The translations under genes and the position numbers were made by a program. Source: Thiohalocapsa sp. (lineage in GTDB: Bacteria > Pseudomonadota > Gammaproteobacteria > Chromatiales > Chromatiaceae). From it: 32,937 nt of DNA. The notes beneath the pieces are model-generated. The model was not told where the DNA came from. It saw nothing but the letters and a program-made list of their open reading frames with translations, and made no database searches. The DNA lies in the NCBI RefSeq assembly GCF_019695415.1, contig NZ_JAIFKJ010000082.1:1-32937 (forward strand), written 5' to 3'. Within the stretch, counting starts at the first letter, position 1. The number at the start of each line of letters is the position of its first letter. This document shows positions 15,745 to 25,601 of this stretch, piece by piece.

Positions 15745-17490
15745 TCAGCGGTTGGAGCAGGCTTCCAGCTGGTCCAGCAGCGCCTGTCCGGGCATCTCAT
15801 CCAGCTGGTCCATGAGGTCGCGGACAGCGTCGGTCAGCGCGCCGACATGGCAATGCCGCACGCGGTCCTTGACCTCCAGCAATGAGCCTGGCTGCATGCT
15901 GAGCTCCCGCAGCCCAAGGCCGAGCAGTAGCGGCGTGTAGCGGGGCTCGCCGGCCATCTCGCCGCACATGCTGACCCGGGTCCGGGTACTGGCTGCGGCG
16001 TCGATGACGTGCTTGATGAGCCGGATAACTGCCGGATGCAGCGGGTCGTAGAGGTAGCTCACCGTGTCGTCGACGCGGTCGATGGCGAGCGTGTACTGGA
16101 TAAGATCATTGGTGCCGATAGAGAGGAAATCGAGTCGCCGCGCCAGGGCACCGGCCATCAGTGCCGCCGCCGGCACCTCGATCATGCCGCCGACAGGCAT
16201 GAGCGGATCGAAGGCGAGGCCATCCCGGCGCATCTGGCGCCGCGCGTCGTTGATGAGCCCGAGCACGGTGTTGACCTCTGCCATCCCAGAGATCATCGGG
16301 AGCATGAGCCGCACGGGTCCATGCGCCGACGCGCGCAGGATGGCCCGCAGCTGCGGCAGGAAGAGCGCCGGTTCCTGCAGGCAGAGACGAATCGCGCGCA
16401 GGCCGAGTGCGGGGTTATTGCGGGCGGGGTGGAATCTCGTATCCGGGATTTGCTTGTCGGCGCCCAGGTCGAGGGTGCGTATGGTGAGAGGAATCCCGTC
16501 CAGGCCGCGGATGATTTCAAGATAGGTCTCAAGATGTTCCTCTTCGTCCGGCAGCGCATCGCGGTTCATGTAGAGGAACTCTGTGCGATAGAGGCCAACG
16601 CCCGCCGCACCATTATCGCGGGCCGCCGACACATCCTCCGGCAGCTCCAGGTTTGCAAGCAGAACCACGGGTACGTTGTCACGGGTGGCTGAGGGCTTGC
16701 GTACGAGTCGCCGGAGCTCCCGGCGGTGCGCATCGAAGCTCGCAAGCCGCCCTCGGTAGTGCTCGAGGATCTCCGGCTCAAGCTCCGTGAGCACCGTGCC
16801 CGTCTCCGCATCCACTACCAGCAGCTCGCCTTGGCGCAAGCGCTGCACTGCCCGGTGCACCCCCATGACAGCCGGAATATCCAGACTGCGCGCCAGGATG
16901 GCGGTGTGCGACATTGGCCCGCTATGCTCGACCACGAACGCGGCGACCCCCCGATGGCGCAGCAGGATGGTGTCGGCCGGGGCTAGATCCTCGGCGACGA
17001 TAACGCGGCCAGCCACGTCGGCATCTGCAAGCAGGTCTGTGTCTGCATTGTTGCCGAGAAAGAGCTGAATTTGGCGCACCACGTGGTCCACATCGTCGCG
17101 GCGGGTGCGCAGATAGGCATCTTCCATGCGGTCGAAGATTTCCACCAGCGTGTCGCGCTGCGACTGCAATGCCCAGCTGGCGTTCACCGAGCGCTCGCGG
17201 ATCAGATCGCGGGTGGCATCCACCAGCGCCGAATCCGTCATCATCAGGAGGTGCGCATCGATGAAATCGGCAATGTGCTTGGGTGTGCCTGCCGGGATCT
17301 GCGCACGGACGTCTTCGAGGTAGCGACGCGCGCAAGCCAGCGCCGCGTCCAAGCGCTCAAGCTCCCTGGATACCTCGTGCGACGGAATTTCCGCCGGTGC
17401 CAGCGACGGCTCCCGGCTCAGCAGGAAGGCATCACCAATGGCCACGGGGCGCGACCCATCGATGCCGACCCCATGGAGCGACAGGGTCAT
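15745..17490 (-). CDS. ptsI: PEP-protein phosphotransferase (PTS enzyme I, no GAF domain)
   Basis: SHTAILARS (phospho-His), GVGLYRTEFL, IRTLDLGADK, NPALGLRAIR, SIGTNDLIQY and CGEMAG. Confidence 0.93.
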   Translation of the reverse strand: MTLSLHGVGIDGSRPVAIGDAFLLSREPSLAPAEIPSHEVSRELERLDAALACARRYLEDVRAQIPAGTPKHIADFIDAHLLMMTDSALVDATRDLIRERSVNASWALQSQRDTLVEIFDRMEDAYLRTRRDDVDHVVRQIQLFLGNNADTDLLADADVAGRVIVAEDLAPADTILLRHRGVAAFVVEHSGPMSHTAILARSLDIPAVMGVHRAVQRLRQGELLVVDAETGTVLTELEPEILEHYRGRLASFDAHRRELRRLVRKPSATRDNVPVVLLANLELPEDVSAARDNGAAGVGLYRTEFLYMNRDALPDEEEHLETYLEIIRGLDGIPLTIRTLDLGADKQIPDTRFHPARNNPALGLRAIRLCLQEPALFLPQLRAILRASAHGPVRLMLPMISGMAEVNTVLGLINDARRQMRRDGLAFDPLMPVGGMIEVPAAALMAGALARRLDFLSIGTNDLIQYTLAIDRVDDTVSYLYDPLHPAVIRLIKHVIDAAASTRTRVSMCGEMAGEPRYTPLLLGLGLRELSMQPGSLLEVKDRVRHCHVGALTDAVRDLMDQLDEMPGQALLDQLEACSNR

Positions 17491-17756
17491 TCCGGCTCTC
17501 CGAACCGGTCGGCGACGAGCTGCGTCAGCGCCGCGATGGCGGCTTCCTCGTCCGCGCCGCTCACCTCTACCTGGATCGTGGTGCCAAAGGCGGCGGCAAG
17601 GGTCATGACGCCCATAATGCTCTTGCCATTGACTCGACGGCCGTTGCGCTCGACGGCGACTGCGCTTGCGAAGCCGCCCGCGCAGCTGACGAACTTGGCC
17701 GCTGCTCGCGCGTGCAAGCCGAGCCGATTGACGATTTCGAGCTCTTTGCTGATCAT
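17487..17756 (-). CDS. ptsH: HPr/NPr phosphocarrier protein
   Basis: 89 aa with NRLGLHARAA (His15) and NGKSIMGVM (Ser46). Confidence 0.9.
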   Translation of the reverse strand: MISKELEIVNRLGLHARAAAKFVSCAGGFASAVAVERNGRRVNGKSIMGVMTLAAAFGTTIQVEVSGADEEAAIAALTQLVADRFGEPE

Positions 17757-17763
17757 CGCAGTG

Positions 17764-18213
17764 TCAGCTCCAGCCGGTTCTGCCGGCGCCACCCGGCACC
17801 GCATGCGGCAGCGCTTGACAGCCAACCCCCGGACACTCCAGCACGCCGTCCCGGGCGCCGCTCAGCGCCTTGTCTGCCAGGGCGTCCAGCGACAGCTCAG
17901 GATAGTTCAGCACCCGCACCAGCATCGGCAGATTGACGCCACTTAGGATGCGCGTATGGCCGGCATCGCACAATCCGGCAGCAATATTCGCCGGGGTCGA
18001 GCCGAACAGGTCGGTCAGGACCAGCACGCCGTCGCCACTGTCCAGTGCCTCGGCACAGGCCCGCGCCCGCGCACGCATGCGCTCCGGATCGTCGGCATTG
18101 CTCACGGCCAAGGACTTGGCCTGCAGTGGGCAACGCCCCAGCATACGGGTGGCGGCGGCCAGCAGCTCGGTGCCGATGCCGGCATGGGTGATCAGTAGCA
18201 GGCCGACGCTCAC
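17764..18213 (-). CDS. PTS EIIA component, mannose/fructose family
   Basis: The GTG start overlaps the rapZ stop. Motifs are LLLITH, GVLVLTDLFGSTPAN and SGVNLPML. Confidence 0.9.
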   Translation of the reverse strand: MSVGLLLITHAGIGTELLAAATRMLGRCPLQAKSLAVSNADDPERMRARARACAEALDSGDGVLVLTDLFGSTPANIAAGLCDAGHTRILSGVNLPMLVRVLNYPELSLDALADKALSGARDGVLECPGVGCQALPHAVPGGAGRTGWS

Positions 18214-19073
18214 GGCAGCTCCCGGTGGCGCATCAGTACCCGGTGGCCGGTCTCTGTCAGGTGCCGGCTGAGCGCTTCGACGATATAGACGGAGCGGTGC
18301 TTGCCGCCCGTGCAACCAACAGCGATGGTGAGATAACTGCGGCCATCGGTCTCGAAGCGCGGAATCCAGCGGTCCAAAAAGACCTGAATGTCAGCGCACA
18401 TCTCCCCCACCTCAGGTGCCCGCTCCAGAAATTCGATCACCGGTGCATCCCGCCCCGAGAGCGGGCGCAGCGCCTCTTGCCAGTGCGGGTTTGGCAGGCA
18501 GCGGACGTCGAAGACGAAGTCCACACCTTCCGGTACACCGTTCTTGAAGCCGAAGGATTGCAAGAGGACCGACGCCTGCACAGCACCGCCGAGACGCTCG
18601 CGCACGAGATCGCGCAGCTCGTGGACGTTGGTATGCGTGGTGTCGATCCGAATCTCAGCGATGCGACCCAGCGGCTCCAGCAGCTCGCGCTCGCGCTGAA
18701 TGGCCTCCTCCAAGGATAGTTGGCCGCCGGTGAGGGGATGCTTGCGCCGCGTTTCGCTGAAGCGCTTGATCAGGGTGTGGGTGTCTGCGTGCAGGAAGAT
18801 GATGCGGCACTCGATGCCCTGCTCGCGCAGCTCATCGCTGAGCCGCGGCAGATCCGACAGAAAATCTGGTTGGTTGCGGGCGTCGATGCCCACCGCAGCA
18901 GAGTGCCTGATCTCCCCAGGGGCACCCAGATGCGTACGACGGAGACCCAGAGCCAGCTCCCGCAGCAGGAACAGCGGCAGGTTGTCGATGCAGTAGTAGC
19001 CGATGTCCTCCAGCGTGCGCAGCGCCACGGTCTTGCCGGCACCCGAAAGGCCACTGACGATCAATAAGTCCAT
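18210..19073 (-). CDS. rapZ: RNase adapter RapZ
   Basis: SGLSGAGKT, IDNLP, RFSETRRKHPL, SFGFK, FDVRCLPNPHW and GCTGGKHRSV. Confidence 0.96.
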   Translation of the reverse strand: MDLLIVSGLSGAGKTVALRTLEDIGYYCIDNLPLFLLRELALGLRRTHLGAPGEIRHSAAVGIDARNQPDFLSDLPRLSDELREQGIECRIIFLHADTHTLIKRFSETRRKHPLTGGQLSLEEAIQRERELLEPLGRIAEIRIDTTHTNVHELRDLVRERLGGAVQASVLLQSFGFKNGVPEGVDFVFDVRCLPNPHWQEALRPLSGRDAPVIEFLERAPEVGEMCADIQVFLDRWIPRFETDGRSYLTIAVGCTGGKHRSVYIVEALSRHLTETGHRVLMRHRELP

Positions 19074-19133
19074 GGGCTCGATACGGTCTGGAGTTTGGTG
19101 CCTTGCGTATCCTGCCCGCGCGGGCTGCGCCCA

Positions 19134-20093
19134 TCAACCGCCATATCGCTCTCGGCCGCCGGCAATGGCGCGCGCCTGCCGATCTTCCAGATCCACACCC
19201 GCGTCATAGCCACGGATGCGCAGGATTTGATTACGCACAGCGGTCTCCAGCAGCACGGCGAGATTGCGACCGGGTGCCACCGGCAGGGTGATCTCGGGCA
19301 CGGCCACGCCCAGGATGGTCCGCGTCGACAGACTGCCGCGCAGACGATCGATACTCGCAAGGCCTTCGTTATCGAAAGACCGCATGTGCACAATGAGGTT
19401 CAGCATCTCGTGCTGGCGCACGGCACCCTCGCCGAACATGGCCCGCACATTGAGTACGCCGAGTCCGCGCACCTCCAAAAAATCTCGCAGCAGCCCCGGA
19501 CAGCTGCCCTCGAGCACCTCTGGTGCGATGCGCGCCAGCTCCGGCGCGTCGTCGGCGATGAGCCTATGGCCGCGGGCAATCATTTCCAGTGCCAATTCGC
19601 TCTTGCCCACTCCCGGATCGCCGGTGAGGAGCACGCCGAGGCCAAGCACCTCCAGCAGCACACCATGCACCGTGGTGCGCTCGGCGAGCGCATGGGTCAA
19701 GAAGTGCTGGAGTCGATCGACAATCTCCGCATCACGAGCTGAGGAGCCAAGCAGCGGGGTGCCGGTGCGCGCCGCGTGATCGAAGAAGACCGGCTCCGGC
19801 TGGATATCGGAGGCGAAGATGATCGCCGCCGGACGGGCCGAGAACAACCGCTCAATGGTTTCCTCGTAGGCGGGCTTGCTCAAATCAGCCAGGTGCAGCA
19901 TCTCCGCCTCGCCAAGGACCTGGAGCCGGTTCGGGTGGATGCAATTGAGCGAGCCGACGAGACTCTGCGCGGTTTGCGCGCCCTGCTCTCTCAGCAGCGG
20001 GCAGCTCTGCGCGGGCGGTGGCGTCAGCCAGCGAAGCTTGAGCCGCGGGCCGATGTGCTCCACCAGGCCCTGCAATGAGTGAATCGGATTCAT
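19134..20093 (-). CDS. hprK: HPr(Ser) kinase/phosphorylase, full length
   Basis: HGVLLEV, GDPGVGKSELALE, GHRLIADD, LEVRGLGVLN and PVAPGRNLA. The N-terminal domain is present. Confidence 0.95.
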   Translation of the reverse strand: MNPIHSLQGLVEHIGPRLKLRWLTPPPAQSCPLLREQGAQTAQSLVGSLNCIHPNRLQVLGEAEMLHLADLSKPAYEETIERLFSARPAAIIFASDIQPEPVFFDHAARTGTPLLGSSARDAEIVDRLQHFLTHALAERTTVHGVLLEVLGLGVLLTGDPGVGKSELALEMIARGHRLIADDAPELARIAPEVLEGSCPGLLRDFLEVRGLGVLNVRAMFGEGAVRQHEMLNLIVHMRSFDNEGLASIDRLRGSLSTRTILGVAVPEITLPVAPGRNLAVLLETAVRNQILRIRGYDAGVDLEDRQARAIAGGRERYGG

Positions 20094-20131
20094 CAGCAGG
20101 CTGCGCGCCACGGGCGTCCATGCGCTCGCAA

Positions 20132-20593
20132 TCAAGCGGTGAAGACCCGGTGCCGAAACACTCCGAGCAGCTCTGCGCTACCGGCGGCTTCGCGCAGGGC
20201 ATTGCGCACGGCCGCATCATCGAAGGCGGCAGCGAGCGTGGCGAGCAGCTGGAGGTGCTGCTCGTCGGTGGCATCCGGCACCAGCAGACCGAAGGCGAGA
20301 TCCACCGGCTTGTCGTCGATCGCATCGAACGCGACTGCATCGCGCAGCTGCACGAAGGCACCGATGGGCGCCTGGATACCGTGCATGCGCGCGTGCGGCA
20401 ATGCCACGCCCATACCCAGCCCCGTGCTGCCTAGGCGTTCACGCTCCAGCAGCCGATCGAACACATACGTCCCGGAGAGCAGACCATCGCCCTCTGCAAG
20501 CAGTCCGGCCAAGGTTTCCAGCAGACGTTTCTTGCTGGCCACCTCGCAGCGGCTCAGCACTCTCGACTCCGTAATCAGGTCTGCTGGCACCAT
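20132..20593 (-). CDS. ptsN: PTS IIA-like nitrogen regulatory protein
   Basis: SKKRLLE, RERLGSTGLGMGVALPHAR and FDAIDDKPVDL, located downstream of hpf. Confidence 0.93.
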   Translation of the reverse strand: MVPADLITESRVLSRCEVASKKRLLETLAGLLAEGDGLLSGTYVFDRLLERERLGSTGLGMGVALPHARMHGIQAPIGAFVQLRDAVAFDAIDDKPVDLAFGLLVPDATDEQHLQLLATLAAAFDDAAVRNALREAAGSAELLGVFRHRVFTA

Positions 20594-20787
20594 TGCCTAA
20601 GGAACCCCGCGCGTGCTCTTTATGTGCTTGTTGTGATGATGGTCCCGGCGCCCGGATCACGTCATCCTGTGATCGGCGCCGTTCGGAAAAAGGCCCTCTG
20701 CCATCGTCCTGTGGCGGCACCACCGGAGCAGGCGGTGCTTGGCTCCGGTACGCTTCGGGCCTGCGAGCCGTCGTGGCGGGGTGCGTG

Positions 20788-21135
20788 TCAGCCAGGCTGC
20801 TCCTCGTCCGCCGGAGGCTCGATGCCCGCCTTGGCGTTGTTGTTGCCGCGGTGGCTCTGGCGCTTTTCCTTGTACTTGATCACTTGCCGGTCGAGCTTGT
20901 CGATCAACCCGTCGATGGCCGCGTACATATCCTCGTGCACCGCATCGGCAAACACGTTGGCGCCATTCACATGGATAGTCGCCTCCGCCTTCTGCCGCAG
21001 CTTCTCGACACTGAGGATGACATGCACGTTTATCACGTCGTCAAAATGGCGCGCCAGACGGTCGAACTTGGTGTCGACATAATCCTTCAGCGGCTCAGTG
21101 ATATCGACATGGTGGCCGGTCAGGTTGATTTGCAT
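20788..21135 (-). CDS. hpf: Ribosome hibernation promoting factor
   Basis: MQINLTGHHVDIT, HVILSVEK and DMYAAIDGLIDKLDRQ, located downstream of rpoN. Confidence 0.95.
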   Translation of the reverse strand: MQINLTGHHVDITEPLKDYVDTKFDRLARHFDDVINVHVILSVEKLRQKAEATIHVNGANVFADAVHEDMYAAIDGLIDKLDRQVIKYKEKRQSHRGNNNAKAGIEPPADEEQPG

Positions 21136-21377
21136 AGCGTCACTCCAGTGTTATCAGGCGCCCCGCATGGGCAGCCGGCGACGGGACGTTTCCGGCCCTT
21201 CGGACAAGCGGCTCGCAACACGCTGTTGCCGAGCGGCGCCGCCCGGATGGCCGGGCGACGGCCACGTGACGTCTGGCGTTGTCCCGACACCCAGCAGTAA
21301 TACGCCTAGAGGTGCGGCCGGCTTATGCCGGCCGTTCCCGAAGCTCGGTCCATCTGATGGTGCTCTTGCCGCGGCGC

Positions 21378-22859
21378 TCATGCCAGACGCTTGCGCTCGT
21401 TGGACGGAGGTATCCCCATCGCTTCACGATACTTGGCGACAGTGCGGCGGGCGACATTGATGCCTTGCTCCGTGAGGATGCCCGCGATTTTGTTATCGCT
21501 GAGCGGCTTGCTCGGCGTCTCGGCGGCGACCAGCTTGCGGATGAAGGCCCGTATCGCCGTGGACGAGCACTCGCCGCCGGAAGCGGTGTTCACATGACTC
21601 GAGAAAAAATATTTGAACTCGAAGGTTCCGCGGGGCGTGTGCATGTACTTCTGCGTCGTCACACGCGAGACCGTCGATTCGTGCAGCTCCAGTGAATCGG
21701 CGACGTCACGCAAGACCAGCGGCCTCATCGCCTCCTCGCCGTAGTCGAAGAAGTTCTGCTGCAGTTCCACAATCTTGGTCGCCACCCGTAACACCGTATC
21801 ATTCCGGCTCGCCAAACTTTTGATGAACCAACGGGCCTCCTGCAGGTGCGTCTTCAGACACGAGTTATCCGGCCCGTCGTCGGCCCGGCGGATCAGCTTC
21901 AGATAGCCGGGGTTCACTCTCAGTCTAGGCGTTGTTTCCGGATTCAGCTCGACCGTCCAGCTGCCGTTTCGCTTCTGCACCACCACGTCGGGGATGACGT
22001 ATTCCGGGCGAATATCAGCCACCAGCGAGCCGGGCCGGGGGTGCATCGAGCGGATCAGGGCCAAGGCCTCGCGCAATAGCTCCGGCGCGAGCTTGGTGTG
22101 GCGGCGCAGCTCGTCGAGGTCGTTGCGCGACAATGCGGCGAAATGGTGTTCGCAGATGGCAAGGGCCTCGCCTCTATACGGTTGATCCGTGGGCAAATAC
22201 CGCAGCTGCAGCGACAGGCACTCGCGCAGATTACGCGCACCGACGCCGGGCGGATCGAACGCCTGAATGCGGTGGAGGACGGCCTCGACCTCGTCCGGCT
22301 CCACGGCCTCGTCGCCGATGGCGTCAGGGTCCGCGATGGCCTCGACCAGCTCGTCGATGTCGGAGCGCAGGTAACCGTTGGCATCGATGGCGTCCAGCAG
22401 CGCCTCGGCAATAACCCGGTCTCGGGGCTGGAGTCGGGACAGGTTCAACTGCCACTCCAGGTGGTCATGCAGCGTCTGCGGGCGCGAGTGCTGCGCGAGG
22501 GTGTCGAGCTCCGCGGCACCCTCGGACGCCCCGCTGCCCGCGCCTGTGCCGCCGGCGGTATAACTGTCGTAGGTGTCACTCCAGTAACTGTCGACCGGCA
22601 GTTCCTCGGGCATGGAGGCCTGCTCAGGGCGCACCTCGCTGTCCACCTGGGCGTCCTGGGCATGGCGGTTGGCTTCGTCCCCTGCGTCGACCTCGGCCTC
22701 CGCCTCGTCTGCGGACTCCAGCATCAGGTTCGATTCCAGGGCTTCCTGGATCTCGCGCTGGAGATCGAGCGTGGACAGCTGCAGGAGCTTGATCGCCTGC
22801 TGCAGCTGCGGCGTCATCGTCAGCTGCTGGCCGAGGCGGAGTTGGATGGTCTGTTTCAT
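21378..22859 (-). CDS. rpoN: RNA polymerase sigma-54 factor
   Basis: QQLTMTPQLQQAIKLLQLS, HESTVSRVTT and the RpoN box ARRTVAKYRE. Confidence 0.98.
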   Translation of the reverse strand: MKQTIQLRLGQQLTMTPQLQQAIKLLQLSTLDLQREIQEALESNLMLESADEAEAEVDAGDEANRHAQDAQVDSEVRPEQASMPEELPVDSYWSDTYDSYTAGGTGAGSGASEGAAELDTLAQHSRPQTLHDHLEWQLNLSRLQPRDRVIAEALLDAIDANGYLRSDIDELVEAIADPDAIGDEAVEPDEVEAVLHRIQAFDPPGVGARNLRECLSLQLRYLPTDQPYRGEALAICEHHFAALSRNDLDELRRHTKLAPELLREALALIRSMHPRPGSLVADIRPEYVIPDVVVQKRNGSWTVELNPETTPRLRVNPGYLKLIRRADDGPDNSCLKTHLQEARWFIKSLASRNDTVLRVATKIVELQQNFFDYGEEAMRPLVLRDVADSLELHESTVSRVTTQKYMHTPRGTFEFKYFFSSHVNTASGGECSSTAIRAFIRKLVAAETPSKPLSDNKIAGILTEQGINVARRTVAKYREAMGIPPSNERKRLA

Positions 22860-23049
22860 CGCACCCGATGGTGGGGTGGTACGGGAATTGTATGCTGATT
22901 TGATTCTAGCCCAAATCCAGCCCCCGATATTGGCGCAGCCCCGCAGATGCGTCCAGCACTGACGCCACCCGCCAGTGACGCCTGTCAGCGCTTGCGGTCA
23001 AGCAGCGACCGCTCGTCGGATCATCTGGGGATCACGCTGCGATTGGACC

Positions 23050-23775
23050 TCAGAGCCGAAAATCCTCGCCCAGATAGACAGCGCGCACGCGGTCGTTCTG
23101 CAACAGATCGTCAGGTGTGCCTTCGGCAATGACGCTACCCTCGCTGATGATGTAAGCGCGGTCGCAGATGTCTAGGGTCTCACGGACATTGTGGTCCGTG
23201 ATAAGCACGCCGATGTTGCGCCGGCGCAGGTGGGTGATGATGGCCTTGATCTCGCCGACGGCGATGGGGTCGACCCCTGCGAAGGGCTCATCGAGGAGCA
23301 TGATCTTTGGCTCCACGGCGAGTGCGCGGGCGATCTCCAGGCGCCGGCGCTCGCCGCCGGAAAGGCTCATGGCCAGCGAGCCTGCCACATGCGCGATACC
23401 GAGCTCGTCAAGAAGCTGGTCGCAACGCGCATATCGGGTGCTGCGGTCGAGGTCGCCGCGGGCCTCCAGCACCGCCAAAAGGTTATCTCTGGCGGTGAGC
23501 TTGCGGAAAACCGACGGCTCTTGGGCCAGATAGCTCAAACCGCGACGGGCGCGGGCATGCATCGGCCGCAGCGTGATGTCTTCGCCGTCGAGGAGGATTC
23601 GGCCGGCATCTGCCGGTACCAGGCCGACGATCATGTAGAAGCTCGTGGTCTTGCCGGCGCCGTTCGGCCCAAGCAGACCCACGACGCCGCCGGCGTCCAC
23701 CCCAAGGCTGACGTCATTGACCACCCGGCGGCGGCGATAGCGTTTGGCCAGGCCCTCGGCTAGCAGGGTGGTCAT
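23050..23775 (-). CDS. lptB: LPS export ABC transporter ATP-binding protein
   Basis: [35 protein letters not shown] and [10 protein letters not shown]. Confidence 0.96.
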   Translation of the reverse strand: MTTLLAEGLAKRYRRRRVVNDVSLGVDAGGVVGLLGPNGAGKTTSFYMIVGLVPADAGRILLDGEDITLRPMHARARRGLSYLAQEPSVFRKLTARDNLLAVLEARGDLDRSTRYARCDQLLDELGIAHVAGSLAMSLSGGERRRLEIARALAVEPKIMLLDEPFAGVDPIAVGEIKAIITHLRRRNIGVLITDHNVRETLDICDRAYIISEGSVIAEGTPDDLLQNDRVRAVYLGEDFRL

Positions 23776-24350
23776 TGGTCCGCGCTGGTGCCCCCGGGGT
23801 CGGGCTCGGTGGACCCCGGCTCGATGCGGATCTTGACACGCTCACGACCGCGTGCGCTGGTGCCCGCGGTGAGGCGATCCGTGGTCCGGTTGTAGACGAT
23901 GCGGTCGCTCGCAAAGCGGTCTTCGCCCTGAATCAGCACGGCGTCATCGATGAGCGTGATCTCCTCACTGTCCGCTGCATACTCCATCCGCCGCGCCCGC
24001 GCGCGGACTTCTTCGGGATCGCCGTCGAGAAGCTGCTGATAACGCACCGGGTTACCGATGGCAATGATCTTGCGCGGCTGCCGGTTGGGCGCATGATGCA
24101 CCAGGACCTCGTCGGCGCGAATGCGCATGCTGCCTTGCTGTACCTCGACATTTCCCAGGTAGAGACTGATGGACTGCTTTTCGTCGAGCTCCGCCGCGTC
24201 CGCCTCGACGAACATCGGCTGCTCGCGGTCGGAGTCCAGCGCGATGGCGCCCGGTGCCGCCAGCACAGCAACCGCCGCCAACACCGAAGCAAGCAGTGCT
24301 GCGGGGCGCGAAGCACAGCTGCATCGACGATACTCAGGGTCTGCGCTCAT
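23772..24350 (-). CDS. lptA: LPS transport periplasmic protein
   Basis: Signal peptide followed by [18 protein letters not shown] and IGNPV. ATGA overlaps with both lptC and lptB. Confidence 0.9.
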   Translation of the reverse strand: MSADPEYRRCSCASRPAALLASVLAAVAVLAAPGAIALDSDREQPMFVEADAAELDEKQSISLYLGNVEVQQGSMRIRADEVLVHHAPNRQPRKIIAIGNPVRYQQLLDGDPEEVRARARRMEYAADSEEITLIDDAVLIQGEDRFASDRIVYNRTTDRLTAGTSARGRERVKIRIEPGSTEPDPGGTSADQ

Positions 24351-24961
24351 GGTGCCTCCGCACCGTCGGCAGCACCCGCACCGGCGGCCTGGGCAAACGC
24401 GAAGCGCTGGCGCACACGGCCGAAAAAACGGCTGCGCATCGGGGTTTTGAACCACAACTGCATGCCGTCCACCGCCGTCAGCCAGTCCTCGCCTCGCTCC
24501 AGCTCGACAGCGCGATCGGTCTCCGCATAGCCGGCGTCGTCCAGCACCAGAAGCTCACTCGTGAAGATGCGCGTGGGCGGCGCACCAGCATTCGCGGCGC
24601 GATCGGCAAGCACTCGGCCCTCCAGCAGAACCTCGTCGCCTTCGGCAGAGACCCAGGCGCGCTCGGCACGGATCACCCAGTCCGGCTGTGCCGGCTCCAG
24701 CAGCCGGAGCACGGGCGCATCGAGCTCGCTGCCGGTGTCGCCGGGAAAGTGACGCAGCTCTCCGGACCAGAGCCGCCGGATTGGCTCACCGTGCTCGGAC
24801 ATGGTGACCACGGCAACCTGCTCCACGACATAATCGGGCCGACCATGCTGGGGCACCGCCGGGCCAACGTCCGGTCGATGAGCGCCGCGATACCACCAGG
24901 CCGCGAGTCCAGCGGCAGCGAGGAGCAGTGCAATCAGCACCTCCCGCCCGGACAGGCTCAC
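24347..24961 (-). CDS. lptC: LPS export protein LptC
   Basis: Single N-terminal transmembrane segment, PDY, WVIRAERA and YAETDRAV. The GTG start overlaps the kdsC stop, and synteny fits. Confidence 0.85.
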   Translation of the reverse strand: MSLSGREVLIALLLAAAGLAAWWYRGAHRPDVGPAVPQHGRPDYVVEQVAVVTMSEHGEPIRRLWSGELRHFPGDTGSELDAPVLRLLEPAQPDWVIRAERAWVSAEGDEVLLEGRVLADRAANAGAPPTRIFTSELLVLDDAGYAETDRAVELERGEDWLTAVDGMQLWFKTPMRSRFFGRVRQRFAFAQAAGAGAADGAEAP

Positions 24962-25500
24962 GCTGACGCACCTGTCGTGCCGAGATAGGTCTGGACCAGC
25001 GCATCCAGCTTGCCTTGCGCTCGCAGGATCAACTCGCAAAGATCCCGGGCGGCACCGCGCCCGCCGCCGCTCGGGGTGCACCAATGGGCATGCTCACGCA
25101 CCACCGGGTGGGCATCGGCCACCGCCACCGCAAGCCCGACGCGACGCATCACGGGCAGATCCATCAGGTCGTCGCCCATGTAGGCCACCGCCTGATGCGG
25201 GACACCCAGCTCCCCTGCCAGCGCCAGGAAGGTCGGCAGCTTGTCGGGGCAGCCCTGGTGGACGTGCTCGATCCCCAGACTCTGCATCCGGATCCGCACG
25301 ACCTCCGAGCGCCGCCCGGTGATGACGCCGAGGGTCACCCCGCTGTCGCGCAGCATGGCCATCCCGTGGCCGTCCCGGGAGTTGAAGGCCTTGTATTCCT
25401 GGCCGTCATCTCCGAGGTAGAGACTGCCGTCGGTGAGGACGCCGTCAACGTCGAAGATGACGACCCGAATAGCTTTCGCGCGTTCAAAAATATCCTGCAT
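24958..25500 (-). CDS. kdsC: KDO-8-phosphate phosphatase
   Basis: FDVDGVLTDG, KAFNSRDGHG, ITGR, YMGDDLMD and GGRGAARDLCE. Confidence 0.95.
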   Translation of the reverse strand: MQDIFERAKAIRVVIFDVDGVLTDGSLYLGDDGQEYKAFNSRDGHGMAMLRDSGVTLGVITGRRSEVVRIRMQSLGIEHVHQGCPDKLPTFLALAGELGVPHQAVAYMGDDLMDLPVMRRVGLAVAVADAHPVVREHAHWCTPSGGGRGAARDLCELILRAQGKLDALVQTYLGTTGASA

Positions 25501-25601
25501 AGGAAATCACCGCCCCGGGGCAAGATCGCCTGCTGTCGGCCGGCAAGCGTACCATAGGCATTCCGGGTCACCCGCCCACACCATGACCAGCCTGCCCAGC
25601 C

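Noticed and set aside
17757-17825. Cys-containing N-terminal extension of HPr (similarly lptA to 24455, lptC to 25084, hprK to 20135)
   Set aside because: These are longest-ORF artefacts overlapping upstream genes. Family-typical starts lie downstream.
22887-22908. TAGAAT and TACAAT -10-like hexamers upstream of rpoN on the minus strand
   Set aside because: An internal promoter is plausible, but I found no convincing -35 at proper spacing, so it is not called.
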